Origin: a virus
DNA: 64,000 nucleotides
Virus record (IMG/VR): IMGVR_UViG_3300044714_000052
Span: 3,580-67,579 of that record
Strand: one strand, 5' to 3'
Below, piece by piece: positions 45,268-54,362 of the stretch. Position 1 is the first letter of the stretch; each line of letters begins with the position of its first letter. The position numbers and the translations under genes are program-made. Below the pieces are notes generated by a model. It had not been told where the DNA came from and did no database searches. It saw only the letters and a list, made by a program, of their open reading frames with translations.

Positions 45268-47342
45268 TGCGCCGAGTTGCAATGGACGTTGATAAATATC
45301 AAGGTGCCGACCTGGATATTCGTGTCATTCAATTGCCCGATGATGCCAGAGAGGGGTTGTGCGGTCAGGCTGATCGGCGAGGCCACACCGGGCGTGCCCT
45401 CCAACACCAACTGCCCACCCAACACTCCTGGACTTCCAAGGATATTTGTGGCGTTCGTCACCGGGTTGGTCACGTTGCCACCCTGACACGAGTAGGCACC
45501 CCCGATGATTTGCGCGGCCCCCGATGTCGTGCCGCTTTTGCCGGACACGACAATCTGTGCGTACTCCGTAAAGCCGCCATCTGCCGTGCGATACTCGAAG
45601 CCAGAGGTGCCGCCGCCCAGCGTCCATCCGGTACTCGAACCGCCGGTGATCAGAACCGGCGTAAATCCCGTGCGGTTCGGCGACTTCATTGTCACGGAGC
45701 CCGTGGCGGCCGTGTCCGCGACGACGCCAGCAAGCGGGTCGTCGATTGCCAGCCGTTCCCACGGCCCTGTCACCGTGAGGCTAGACATAGAATTGTCGTC
45801 ATCCCATAAGACATTGGCGGTGCTGGCGTTATTAGCCGTGTAACTGACCGGCCCGCACATCTGGTTGTGGTCGAAATTGTCGTTCTCAAACGCGGGGCCG
45901 CTCGCGGGGGCCGGGACTAATGCCGTGCTGGAGCACGAGAACGCGTTGTGGTCAAGATTCCAATTCTCTAATGCCGTAAAGGAGTTAAGATTATACATGG
46001 CCGGCACAGTTGCGCCGCCGACAGCGCCCATCGTCCATGTCGTGTGGTGCAATGAGAAACTGGCAATGACCGGGACGGTGTTGTCCGAGCAAATATTGGC
46101 CGGGGTCGAGCCGGTATAGTCATGATATTCAAAGTGACTGTCGCTAAAGGTGATGTCGGCACCCCAATTGGGGTTGGGAGTCCCGGCATTGAAATTCGCA
46201 AACCGGATTGAGCACTGCTCGCCGCCGGATGAGATAAAGTCGTATCCAGAAAACGTAATGGTGTTAGGCCCACATCCGCCGGTATTGCATGCCGTGTTCT
46301 CAAACAGCACATCATCCGCCGATGTCGTGGGGTCGCCGCTTCCATTGCGACCAGCGTACCCACCGAACACATGCGCGTCAACGTAACCGTCGAATACCCA
46401 CTTGTGGTTGCATATTGCCGGCTTCATATCGTACATATTCGTCGTTATGCCAGCATTGCTAACCCCCTGGAAATCGAGACAGGTATCGAAGTTCTGGACC
46501 CCCATATTCGATAGATGCGCACCGTTGCCGCCCTGAAGCATAAATCCGACGCCACCCACGGCGCGCGTCGAACCAATCCCGACGATGTTAAGATTGCTGA
46601 TCTGGGCAGGCTGAAGACTGCCGCTGCCGCCGGTGAACTTTAGGCATGGGGCTGCAATGCTGTTTGGGCAGGCGAGCGTGGAGCCTTGAATGTAGTCGCC
46701 GGCGCCCGCGAAACTCCCTATGATGCTTGCGGGAGCGGCTCCAGTTACCCCAGACTGGCTAAAGCAGGTCGTTCCGGGCCAGCCGATCGCAATATGAGTG
46801 GCGACGGATGCCGCTAGAGCATTGTCGATTGCGCTGGTATCGTCCGTAACCCCATCGCACTTTGCGCCAAAAGCCGTCACCGAGACGACGCCGGCCTGTC
46901 CGGTTGGGTTGACGACAAACGGGAACTGATAAAGTTGACCATCGACCTTAAAGTGCAATGGTTGTCCGGTCGGCGAATTGAAATCAATCAGTCCGCCACC
47001 GAGAGCGTCCGCATCCACGCAAATGTAAGGAGGTGGCGTCGGGTTGCCGAGGACATAAGCGCCCCAATCGCAATCGTGCGTGCCGTCCGGCCCGGTCCCT
47101 GGCCCCTTCGCTTGCAACAACTTCTCGGATAGGCCGGTTCCGATTGGGCCTCCGCTAGCCGGGCCAGAGTCCATAACCTGCGCAGCACCTTGCGGGCTCG
47201 CCGGCATGTAGACGGGCGCGTGGCCGCCCCCATTCAGGATCGGCCCGGACTGGATCACCGCCTGGGCGAATGCTGAGGGCGCAATCAAAAACGCGGCCAC
47301 GAGGGCCGCGGCGACGCGCAATGTCAGGCGAAGATGCGCCAT
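45264..47342 (-). CDS. Beta-helix tailspike/depolymerase with a signal peptide
   Basis: VSVTAFGAKCDGVTDDTSAI pectate-lyase-3-like start; AFA-Q cleavage site. Confidence 0.8.
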   Translation of the reverse strand: MAHLRLTLRVAAALVAAFLIAPSAFAQAVIQSGPILNGGGHAPVYMPASPQGAAQVMDSGPASGGPIGTGLSEKLLQAKGPGTGPDGTHDCDWGAYVLGNPTPPPYICVDADALGGGLIDFNSPTGQPLHFKVDGQLYQFPFVVNPTGQAGVVSVTAFGAKCDGVTDDTSAIDNALAASVATHIAIGWPGTTCFSQSGVTGAAPASIIGSFAGAGDYIQGSTLACPNSIAAPCLKFTGGSGSLQPAQISNLNIVGIGSTRAVGGVGFMLQGGNGAHLSNMGVQNFDTCLDFQGVSNAGITTNMYDMKPAICNHKWVFDGYVDAHVFGGYAGRNGSGDPTTSADDVLFENTACNTGGCGPNTITFSGYDFISSGGEQCSIRFANFNAGTPNPNWGADITFSDSHFEYHDYTGSTPANICSDNTVPVIASFSLHHTTWTMGAVGGATVPAMYNLNSFTALENWNLDHNAFSCSSTALVPAPASGPAFENDNFDHNQMCGPVSYTANNASTANVLWDDDNSMSSLTVTGPWERLAIDDPLAGVVADTAATGSVTMKSPNRTGFTPVLITGGSSTGWTLGGGTSGFEYRTADGGFTEYAQIVVSGKSGTTSGAAQIIGGAYSCQGGNVTNPVTNATNILGSPGVLGGQLVLEGTPGVASPISLTAQPLSGIIGQLNDTNIQVGTLIFINVHCNSAQ

Positions 47343-47765
47343 TTAGTAATCGCCGTCTTTCTTGGCGGGGACCGATCCGAATACGACGGTAGTGCCGCCC
47401 GCAGGCGCGCTGGGTGCCGGCGGTGCTACGGCTTCCTTCTCTTGATCCGGCTGATAGACCGTCTTCGGCGCGCTCAGCGCGTTGCGCCAGGTCTCCAACT
47501 CGGCGATGCGGCGTTCGAGGCCCTGGCAGTAGACCAGCATTTGCCGATCATCATCGGACATGCGCGCCACTGCCCCCGAGCCGGGCGGCAACGGCTCCGG
47601 CAGGTCGGGGTACTCGTGGCCCTCGATCTTGGCATGCTGCGCGCCGCGCTTTGACGGCTCGATGGCGACCACCTCGCCAGCATTGCGCATGGCGCCGTCA
47701 TGGTAGGAACGGTGCAGCAGCCGGTAGAGCAACTTCGGCTCGGGATAACCCTTATCGTCAGGCAT
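47343..47765 (-). CDS. Hypothetical head-module protein
   Basis: AAGGA RBS; operon position. Confidence 0.6.
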   Translation of the reverse strand: MPDDKGYPEPKLLYRLLHRSYHDGAMRNAGEVVAIEPSKRGAQHAKIEGHEYPDLPEPLPPGSGAVARMSDDDRQMLVYCQGLERRIAELETWRNALSAPKTVYQPDQEKEAVAPPAPSAPAGGTTVVFGSVPAKKDGDY

Positions 47766-47895
47766 CGGCTTGTCCTTTCGGCAGCCCTCGACCCACGAGT
47801 CGCTGCCTGTCCAGTCGTTAATCCGGCTAATGTGCGAAAGGCTGTCGATTGGCAGTAGCGGCCCACGCAGGTCGTCTCGGAGCAGATGAGAATGG

Positions 47896-48195
47896 CTACT
47901 CATCCATGTCCTCATCGTTCTCGTCTTCGCAGGCGAGCTGTTCGATTTGCAGCTCTACCCTGCGGTTGCCGTTGCCGCTGTCAGAAACGCTCATCACGCG
48001 GGCAAAGGCGCGTAGGTCGATTACGTCCCCGACATCCGGCATTTCATCGAGATCGAGCTTGTCAAGCTCGGGGCCGCAGAGACAAATCCGCAGTCCGTAA
48101 GGATACTCCGGCATATCGGCCGGAATCGGCATGACGGTATCCAATTTCTCGTCATCCGTGAGACTCATGTTCACGAACTTGGACCACCCGGCCAT
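47896..48195 (-). CDS. Capsid staple-like protein
   Basis: YPYGLRICL...ELDKL...VGD...A.V..VS...RVELQI. Confidence 0.75.
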   Translation of the reverse strand: MAGWSKFVNMSLTDDEKLDTVMPIPADMPEYPYGLRICLCGPELDKLDLDEMPDVGDVIDLRAFARVMSVSDSGNGNRRVELQIEQLACEDENDEDMDE

Positions 48196-48197
48196 TG

Positions 48198-48656
48198 TCA
48201 GGCAGCCTTCCGTTCCGGCTTCTCTTCTTCGCCGCCCGCTCCCATTTCGTGCCGCTGGTGGAGGTCGTGGATTGCCGTCAGATGGCGGTGCAGCATCTCC
48301 GCATGCTCGTGCAGATGCTTGTGCCGCATGGCCCGGTGTTCGTGCTCGTGCTTCCGATGGACTTTCATCATCGCCTCACGGTCATCGCCGGCCTCGGCGC
48401 GCTCTTCCTTGTGCCGGTTTTCCATGTCACGGTGTTCTGTCCGGTGGCGCCCGTGCATGTCGCGGCGCTCGCCTTCCTGAGACTTGAACAGCGCCTCGTG
48501 CTCGGCCTCATGGCCACCCGTACCCTCGGGCCGCACATTCCGCATCGGGGTCGGCTCTTCGCCCTTCTCGGTCGGGCCGCTCGGGCCACTCTCTTTCGGC
48601 TCTTCTTCGTCTTCGTCGCCGCCGCGGCGTTTGTCGTAAAGCCGGCTCTTCGCCAT
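48198..48656 (-). CDS. His/Glu/Arg-rich helical protein
   Basis: AGGAG RBS; repeated RH..E units. Confidence 0.7.
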   Translation of the reverse strand: MAKSRLYDKRRGGDEDEEEPKESGPSGPTEKGEEPTPMRNVRPEGTGGHEAEHEALFKSQEGERRDMHGRHRTEHRDMENRHKEERAEAGDDREAMMKVHRKHEHEHRAMRHKHLHEHAEMLHRHLTAIHDLHQRHEMGAGGEEEKPERKAA

Positions 48657-48665
48657 TGCGATCTC

Positions 48666-48983
48666 CTAGCTCCGCCCATGCGTGTAGGGCATGCGCTTCT
48701 TGCTGCCATCCCTGTGCTCGCCAAGGCCGGGCTCGCCGAGTTCCTTGGCGCGCTTGTTGATCCAGCGCCGGGCGGCAGCCGGGTCTTTAGCGCGGCCGAC
48801 GTCGTGCTTGGCATTCGACAGGTCAGATGCGTTGCGGATCGGAAATGAGCCGCCGGCCATCGTCTGGCCTTTGCCCTCGGCTTCACGCCGCGCTCCCGCG
48901 CTGACGCTCCCGCTCGCTGTCCTAAATTTCGCCACGGTCGGCAAACTCCTCGATGCCAGGTCGGCTATGGTGAGATGAGGCAT
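48666..48983 (-). CDS. Conserved small head-module protein
   Basis: GSFPIRN..DL.NA....GRAKD...RRWI.KRA..LG motif. Confidence 0.7.
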   Translation of the reverse strand: MPHLTIADLASRSLPTVAKFRTASGSVSAGARREAEGKGQTMAGGSFPIRNASDLSNAKHDVGRAKDPAAARRWINKRAKELGEPGLGEHRDGSKKRMPYTHGRS

Positions 48984-49045
48984 CGGTTGAACGGCCCAAC
49001 CGAGAGCGCCATATACGCGCCGCGACTTTTCGCTAGGGGTAAAAG

Positions 49046-49309
49046 ATGATGATCCGATACGCGGCGTTCGCCGTGGCGATGCTGACCGCCGGGGCCGCGT
49101 CCGCTCAGTGCGTCAACGCTGGGGCCTACGACTTCTGCCAGCCGGGCTACAGCCAGCCGCAGACCGACAACTACGATGCGGCTGCCGCACAGGAGCGCGA
49201 GCAGATGATCCAGGATCAGCAGGACACGCAGCGGCGCTTCGACGACCAGCAGCAGAGCCAGGATTTCTACGCGGCCACGCATCCGAGTTGGGGACAGGAC
49301 GATCGCTAA
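49046..49309 (+). CDS. Small secreted protein (moron on the opposite strand)
   Basis: Signal peptide ASA-Q; Gln-rich. Confidence 0.6.
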   Translation: MMIRYAAFAVAMLTAGAASAQCVNAGAYDFCQPGYSQPQTDNYDAAAAQEREQMIQDQQDTQRRFDDQQQSQDFYAATHPSWGQDDR

Positions 49310-49311
49310 GC

Positions 49312-49509
49312 TCATTCGCGACTCTTCCGCGAGTGCGAGTAGGCGCCGCGCATCATCTTGTTGCCGGTCTTGTTCGCGGTTGCGATAGCTTCGCCTTCCG
49401 GGACACCCGCCTTAACCATGGCAGTCGCTTGCTCAGCAGCCTTGCTGGCGGCCGGGCCACGGAGCTTGCTATTGTGCCGCTCCTTGAATTGCTGCGGGGT
49501 CCAGGGCAT
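49312..49509 (-). CDS. YdaT/DUF2188-like small protein
   Basis: MPWT ... KAAE.A.AM...G..EG.AIATA. Confidence 0.6.
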   Translation of the reverse strand: MPWTPQQFKERHNSKLRGPAASKAAEQATAMVKAGVPEGEAIATANKTGNKMMRGAYSHSRKSRE

Positions 49510-49512
49510 GGA

Positions 49513-50013
49513 TCACAGGTAGCGATACCAAGTCGCGGTCGCGTTAATGTAGCGCCAGCAATACTCGGTCCCGGCCACGCCCGCCGTCACAGCGGTTCCC
49601 ACGACCGACTGCCCGGTGTTCGCCGTCATCGTCACCGCGGTCTGCGTCTGCGTGCTCATCCAGCAGAAAGCTTGGGCTGAGCCGGGCGATGCCGGGAAGG
49701 TGATTGTCCCGGTTGCCAGCGTGCCGGCCGGATTCAGGAACAGCAGGGTCGTGTTGTTGTTCGGCGTGATCGTGAAGGCAGTCAGCGGCACGACATCCTG
49801 CTCGTGCAGCATGCCGCCGACGAGTCCCGCATCCGCGAATGGCGTCGGGACCCCGCCAACCCCGCCAGCCGCGTAAGGCACGAGGTCGCCTTGGTTCATG
49901 TGCTGGACGCCAACCGCGCCAGCCGTCGGCACGGTGAACTGCGCCGCGAAAGCGCCAGCCGTGCCAAATGACAGCGCGAGGCCGCAAACAGTGGCGAGGA
50001 GAAAACGCTTCAT
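49513..50013 (-). CDS. Exported head-module protein (decoration/fibre-like domain)
   Basis: Signal peptide AFA-A; LNPAGTLATGTITFP..P...Q; TWYR end. Confidence 0.7.
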   Translation of the reverse strand: MKRFLLATVCGLALSFGTAGAFAAQFTVPTAGAVGVQHMNQGDLVPYAAGGVGGVPTPFADAGLVGGMLHEQDVVPLTAFTITPNNNTTLLFLNPAGTLATGTITFPASPGSAQAFCWMSTQTQTAVTMTANTGQSVVGTAVTAGVAGTEYCWRYINATATWYRYL

Positions 50014-50417
50014 TGGACACGATCCCAGCTAGTATTGCTTGCGCTGTAGAGGTAGCAGTACTGTGTAGTCGCGGATGCCGATGTAATGGCGTCATTGAGT
50101 GTCTGCCCCGACGCCGCAGTCAGTGTCAGGGTCGTGATCGCCGGCTTCGTGTAGAAGCAATTGATCTGCCCATCGTCGGGGGAAATCCGCAGGTCGATTG
50201 TCAGCGCCGTGATCGTCGTGCCGCCACCAATCTGCATGATTTGCTGATGTCTGTTGAACACCAGCGTCCCGGAGGTCGGCGATTGCTTCGTGTAGTTCTG
50301 CACGGCGAGCGGCGGGATCAGATAGGTCGATCCCTGGAACGTGATCGTGCCGGCGGCCCACGCCGCGACAGCGCTGAGTAGCGTCGCGAGACCGGCGGCA
50401 ATTATTGGCTTACGCAT
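50010..50417 (-). CDS. Exported head-module protein, paralogue of 49513-50013
   Basis: Signal peptide AWA-A; TITALTI....P.DGQ; SWDR end. Confidence 0.7.
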   Translation of the reverse strand: MRKPIIAAGLATLLSAVAAWAAGTITFQGSTYLIPPLAVQNYTKQSPTSGTLVFNRHQQIMQIGGGTTITALTIDLRISPDDGQINCFYTKPAITTLTLTAASGQTLNDAITSASATTQYCYLYSASNTSWDRVQ

Positions 50418-50629
50418 ATCTCGCCTACGGGGTTCATGGTCAGCGGCGCGACATTTCCGTTCGAGTAGGCCCAGCCGGTCGATGCCGGCACGGTCGGAGC
50501 GGTCCCGCATGTCGTCACCACGTAGGCGAGCGTCAGCGGAATGGTCGTAGCTTGAGACCAAGCCGTCCGCGCCAGGATGGCTGCGGCGATCAATGCAGCC
50601 CCGATGACGAAGGCGTGCGGCGCCCTCAT
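50402..50629 (-). CDS. Small exported protein
   Basis: Signal peptide AWS-Q; two Cys. Confidence 0.65.
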   Translation of the reverse strand: MRAPHAFVIGAALIAAAILARTAWSQATTIPLTLAYVVTTCGTAPTVPASTGWAYSNGNVAPLTMNPVGEICVSQ

Positions 50630-51528
50630 CCGTTCTGCACCGCCGGGGGCGCGATCGTGCCGAGCACGCGCACCTGAATGGTGGGCGGCCCGTTGCCTTG
50701 GCGCATCGGGTCTTGCCCATGAATCGAAGCGCCCCCACGCGCGGCCGGAGCGATACTCGGCTGACCTCCGGTGGCGTTGTGGAGCGCCATCGTCGCCGTG
50801 CCCGTCGTCACGTTGTGACCCTGATTGGTGACGAAGAACCGATCCTCGCCGCTGGCGAAGACAGGCTCCGCCGCAGCGCCTTTGCCTCTAATGCCGGAAA
50901 CGCGGACACTCGCCTGGTTGCCGATCGACTCCTTGAAGAGCGCAAAGATTTCTTTTGCCGGTCCGTTGAGCGGCACCATCGCGAGATTTGGCGGCAGCGG
51001 CCAATTGAGCTCGGTCGGGACAACCAGATTGTCGGCCCCGCGGCGCATCGGCTCGATCAGTTCGTCGCCGTTGAGCAGTGGCGCTTGAATCTTTGACACA
51101 AGCCGGTAACGCGGCATCGCGTCTTCGTCGCCGCGCTCTACTTCGGCAACCGCACGCTCGATGCGCTCACGCATGTCCCGATCGGCCTTGCGGCGGTCGG
51201 CGAGCACTTCCGGGGAAACGAGCTTCTGACCCGAATTCTGGTTCGTCAGGTCGCCGATGGTCAGCGCCAGCTTTTCCATCGTGATCTGGAGACTGTCGCC
51301 CGCCGGAGCCGGAGCAGCGGCGACGACTTGGCGCGCGACAGCGGCAAGAACCTCTTGCTTGACAGCTTCGACGGCAGCCTTGAATTCGGGCGTGTCGGCG
51401 ATGTCAACGGTCGCTGCGGCAGTCTTCACTTTCTTCGGTGGCACATGCTCGGGGCAAAAGCGCGCCCAATGATGGGTCGCGACAAAATCAGCCCCGCAGT
51501 TGGCGCACTGGCGATTCATGCCCACCAT
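50626..51528 (-). CDS. Hypothetical protein with an N-terminal zinc ribbon
   Basis: TAATG-coupled start; CANC..F......FCPEH; PN.AMVPLN..AK. Confidence 0.65.
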   Translation of the reverse strand: MVGMNRQCANCGADFVATHHWARFCPEHVPPKKVKTAAATVDIADTPEFKAAVEAVKQEVLAAVARQVVAAAPAPAGDSLQITMEKLALTIGDLTNQNSGQKLVSPEVLADRRKADRDMRERIERAVAEVERGDEDAMPRYRLVSKIQAPLLNGDELIEPMRRGADNLVVPTELNWPLPPNLAMVPLNGPAKEIFALFKESIGNQASVRVSGIRGKGAAAEPVFASGEDRFFVTNQGHNVTTGTATMALHNATGGQPSIAPAARGGASIHGQDPMRQGNGPPTIQVRVLGTIAPPAVQNG

Positions 51529-52109
51529 TAAGCGACCACGTAGTTCGACGCTGCTTGCTGCGCCGAGAAGAAGTCGTCGCGGCCCTGGACCATGAATGCC
51601 GCCGTAATCGTGCCTGCCGTGAAGATGCCAGAGGCCGACGGCGCCACTCGCATGATCATGCGGTAAAAGCGCGGGGTCAGCGTCGCGGGGGGCGCCGGCG
51701 GCATCGCCATACGGAAGACGCCCTTGCCGAGCGTCGTCGCGGCCACAAGCTCGCTCGCGGCCTTCGCCCCCGTCGTCGCGAAGTCTTCCCAGGTGCCGGG
51801 CTGGTAGTTGCCGGACGATCCGGTGTCGGGCGCGCCCTGAATGCAGAATTCGCCGGTCGCCGAAGTGCTGGTCGTGAAAGCGACGCCGACGTTGATCTGG
51901 ATGTCGAGTTTCCAGACGCCGAGACCCATGTCGGTCCCGAAGAAGCCGGATGCCGGATTCCCGATGATGTTCGGTGGCGCGAAACCGGGGCCAACACCCA
52001 TCACGTCGATGATGCCAGGGAAGATGATGGACGCCCCGGCGGCACCGATTACGGAAACCGGGGGGCCGTTCGGCGGGACGAATGAGGGAAGTGCCGCATC
52101 GAGCATCAT
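51528..52109 (-). CDS. Bbp16-like capsid cement protein
   Basis: MMLDA, IID.G, DMG.G, GTITA; directly after the capsid gene. Confidence 0.8.
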   Translation of the reverse strand: MMLDAALPSFVPPNGPPVSVIGAAGASIIFPGIIDVMGVGPGFAPPNIIGNPASGFFGTDMGLGVWKLDIQINVGVAFTTSTSATGEFCIQGAPDTGSSGNYQPGTWEDFATTGAKAASELVAATTLGKGVFRMAMPPAPPATLTPRFYRMIMRVAPSASGIFTAGTITAAFMVQGRDDFFSAQQAASNYVVA

Positions 52110-52112
52110 GGC

Positions 52113-53156
52113 TCAAGTCACCTCGGTTTCTGTATTGATGAGTTGATCCACAGTCCTGATTGGCACGCCATCCCAAGAGGTTACGGGGCGGCCGGCATAA
52201 TCGTCGATCGACTGCAAGACGTTGCGGTTGCGCATCGACTGGATGTGCATCCAGTGGCGCCCGGTACGGTTCGTGTACCAGACCGGGCGCACGCTGGGAC
52301 CGGGGTCCCGCGGGTCGTCGGTCTTGCTGATGCCGCTGAGTTTGCCGAGGGCCGGCGGCAGATAGACGGCCTCGGCCATGAGGGCAAAGAGGTCTGCGGC
52401 GTTCGGGCCGGCAAGACCGGCGTTGGTCGTGTCAATGTTGGCGATCCGCACGCCATAGCGCCAATCCTCGGGGCAAAAGCCGAGGCGCTGCCGGAACCAG
52501 ACGGTGTATGCCTCAAAGCGGTTGCCGAGACTGTCGAAGGCGGGGACGGTGTTGCCCTTGTCCTCCATCGCGAGGCCCGCTTTGGAGCGCTCGGGGAAGA
52601 CGCCGTAGAGGGTACGCGGCCCCCAGCCGAGCAGAAGTATCGACAGATTGGACGACCCAGTGCCGCCGCCGTTGATGACGTTGGTCGCGTTCGCGGCGTT
52701 GGCGGTGTTGAGCGTGTTGTAGAAGCTCATCACCCCCATGATCGCGCTTGGGTTCGCAACTGAGTTTCCGTAGAGCATGTATTCAGTGGCGGTCTGCGAC
52801 ATGCCTTCCAGGAAGGCCATGTCCTCGCTTTCGCAGAACGCTTCGGGGTCGCCGCTGTCTTCGGCTAGTTCCTGATCAACCTGGCTGTAATCCTGCAAGC
52901 TCGCGACAGAGATCGACGCTTTGCCGGTCGTCGATTTGCTGTACGGGACGCCCTGATTGTAGGAGCGGAAATAGCCGCCTGGCATCGACGTGCGGAAGGC
53001 GAATTCATGGCGCGTCTTGCCATTGGCCATCTTCCAGGGAACATCGTCGTAAAACTCGTTTGCCTGGCTTAGAAGCTCGGCGATCATGGGAACTTTGCCG
53101 CCCGGATCAAGCCGATTGGCTACATCAAGAATGGTCGGCCACTGACCTGTCGCCAA
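52113..53156 (-). CDS. Major capsid protein (probable TTG start MATGQW; ORF open to 53171)
   Basis: IAELLSQ.NE, ESEDMAFLEGMSQ, DWRY.VRIANID, GVPIR.VDQL.NTE. Confidence 0.92.
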   Translation of the reverse strand: MATGQWPTILDVANRLDPGGKVPMIAELLSQANEFYDDVPWKMANGKTRHEFAFRTSMPGGYFRSYNQGVPYSKSTTGKASISVASLQDYSQVDQELAEDSGDPEAFCESEDMAFLEGMSQTATEYMLYGNSVANPSAIMGVMSFYNTLNTANAANATNVINGGGTGSSNLSILLLGWGPRTLYGVFPERSKAGLAMEDKGNTVPAFDSLGNRFEAYTVWFRQRLGFCPEDWRYGVRIANIDTTNAGLAGPNAADLFALMAEAVYLPPALGKLSGISKTDDPRDPGPSVRPVWYTNRTGRHWMHIQSMRNRNVLQSIDDYAGRPVTSWDGVPIRTVDQLINTETEVT

Positions 53157-53231
53157 AGCGGGCGCTCCCATAGGGTAGACGAACTACCCGCGCCCTTACT
53201 CATGCTTACAATTAATGGTCCATAATGTCAG

Positions 53232-53270
53232 AGGCTATTGGCGGGAATGTGTAGGCTATTGGCGGGAATG
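53232..53270 (-). promoter_or_regulatory. Tandem 18-bp repeat CATTCCCGCCAATAGCCT x2 upstream of the capsid gene
   Basis: Copies at 53232-53249 and 53253-53270 (21-bp period). Confidence 0.7.
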
Positions 53271-53275
53271 CGCCA

Positions 53276-53530
53276 TCAATTGTCGTTATCGGCCTGCTTC
53301 GCCATCCTATAGAGCAGCCTAAGCCTCTCCTTGCTATACCCATAACGATGGCGGAGTATTTTCCACATGATTTTGTCTATGTCGCGCGCCTTAACGATCT
53401 CGCGGCCAAGCTCTAGTGGCGAAACGCCGGGGTGCCGAACTAGCGTTCCTTTCTGCGGATAAACAGGTTTATTGCCAGGCATAAACCATGAGGCCCCGGC
53501 CGTGTTGTCCGCATTCTGACCCTTCGGCAT
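53276..53530 (-). CDS. Small basic protein, possible DNA-binding regulator
   Basis: MPKGQ start; basic helical C-terminus; lies between scaffold and capsid genes. Confidence 0.5.
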   Translation of the reverse strand: MPKGQNADNTAGASWFMPGNKPVYPQKGTLVRHPGVSPLELGREIVKARDIDKIMWKILRHRYGYSKERLRLLYRMAKQADNDN

Positions 53531-53531
53531 G

Positions 53532-54362
53532 TCAATTACGCGCGCCGCCGCGGGAATGTGTATAAGCGATCCGCGATCCACCGCCGGGCGGCCGCCCTTG
53601 CTGCTCACGGGCCGATGGCGGCCTGGGCTGTGGCGGCGGGCCGCCTTGGGATTCATCGAGCATGTGCGATAGACGCACAAGCGCCTTAAACAAGGCATAG
53701 CTGTCGGTGGCTCCCGACACGCTAAGCCACTCGTTCATCTCGGCGTGATTGGTCGCGGTTTTCGCGGCGTCACCGCCTGGATCGCGGGCTATCAGATTGA
53801 GCATCCGAATTGCCGTGGCTTTGCTGGTCTCGAACCCGGCCCCGCCAACTTCCGGGTCGGCTGCGATCTTAAGCCGTTCGCCGCGACGGTATTCGGCAAA
53901 AGCGTCATGCTGAGCTTGCAATGTGCGGTTGGCGAATTCTTCCATCGCCGCGGTGTGCATGCCCCACAGCTTCTCAGCCTGTTCCTTGGGAACATTGGCC
54001 TCCGTCATGATGGCTCGCACTTCGTCGAGCCGTTCGGCCGGGACTTCAAAGTTCTCCGGTATCGTGAATTCGTAGGCCGTCGCTTCGGGCGCGGCCGGCT
54101 CGGCTGCCTTCGCCTCACCCTCTGGTGCGGGCTTCGCCTCTTCGGGCGGTGTCGCCTGCAACAGCCCCGCTTCGTCGGTGTGCGGCTTGATCTGCGGCTC
54201 GGCCAGCGTGGGAGTGGCTGGCTCTGCGACAGGGGCTTCTGCTGGTGGCGCAGTTTCTACGGGCGCTGCAACTGGCTCTGGAACCGCAGTCGCACCAGCG
54301 GCGGCCTCAGGTGCCGCGACGGCGGGGGTCTCCGTCGGAATGGCCGGATGCTCTTCACTCAT
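53532..54362 (-). CDS. Capsid scaffolding protein
   Basis: Pro/Ala/Glu-rich N-terminus, YEFTIPE, EQAEKL, DPEVGG. Confidence 0.8.
   Translation of the reverse strand: MSEEHPAIPTETPAVAAPEAAAGATAVPEPVAAPVETAPPAEAPVAEPATPTLAEPQIKPHTDEAGLLQATPPEEAKPAPEGEAKAAEPAAPEATAYEFTIPENFEVPAERLDEVRAIMTEANVPKEQAEKLWGMHTAAMEEFANRTLQAQHDAFAEYRRGERLKIAADPEVGGAGFETSKATAIRMLNLIARDPGGDAAKTATNHAEMNEWLSVSGATDSYALFKALVRLSHMLDESQGGPPPQPRPPSAREQQGRPPGGGSRIAYTHSRGGARN

Noticed and set aside
50626-52176. Long N-terminal extensions in the ORF track (e.g. 50626-52176, 29080-31038, 27216-28442, 9194-10918)
   Set aside because: The extensions overlap better-supported neighbouring genes; internal stop-coupled starts were used instead
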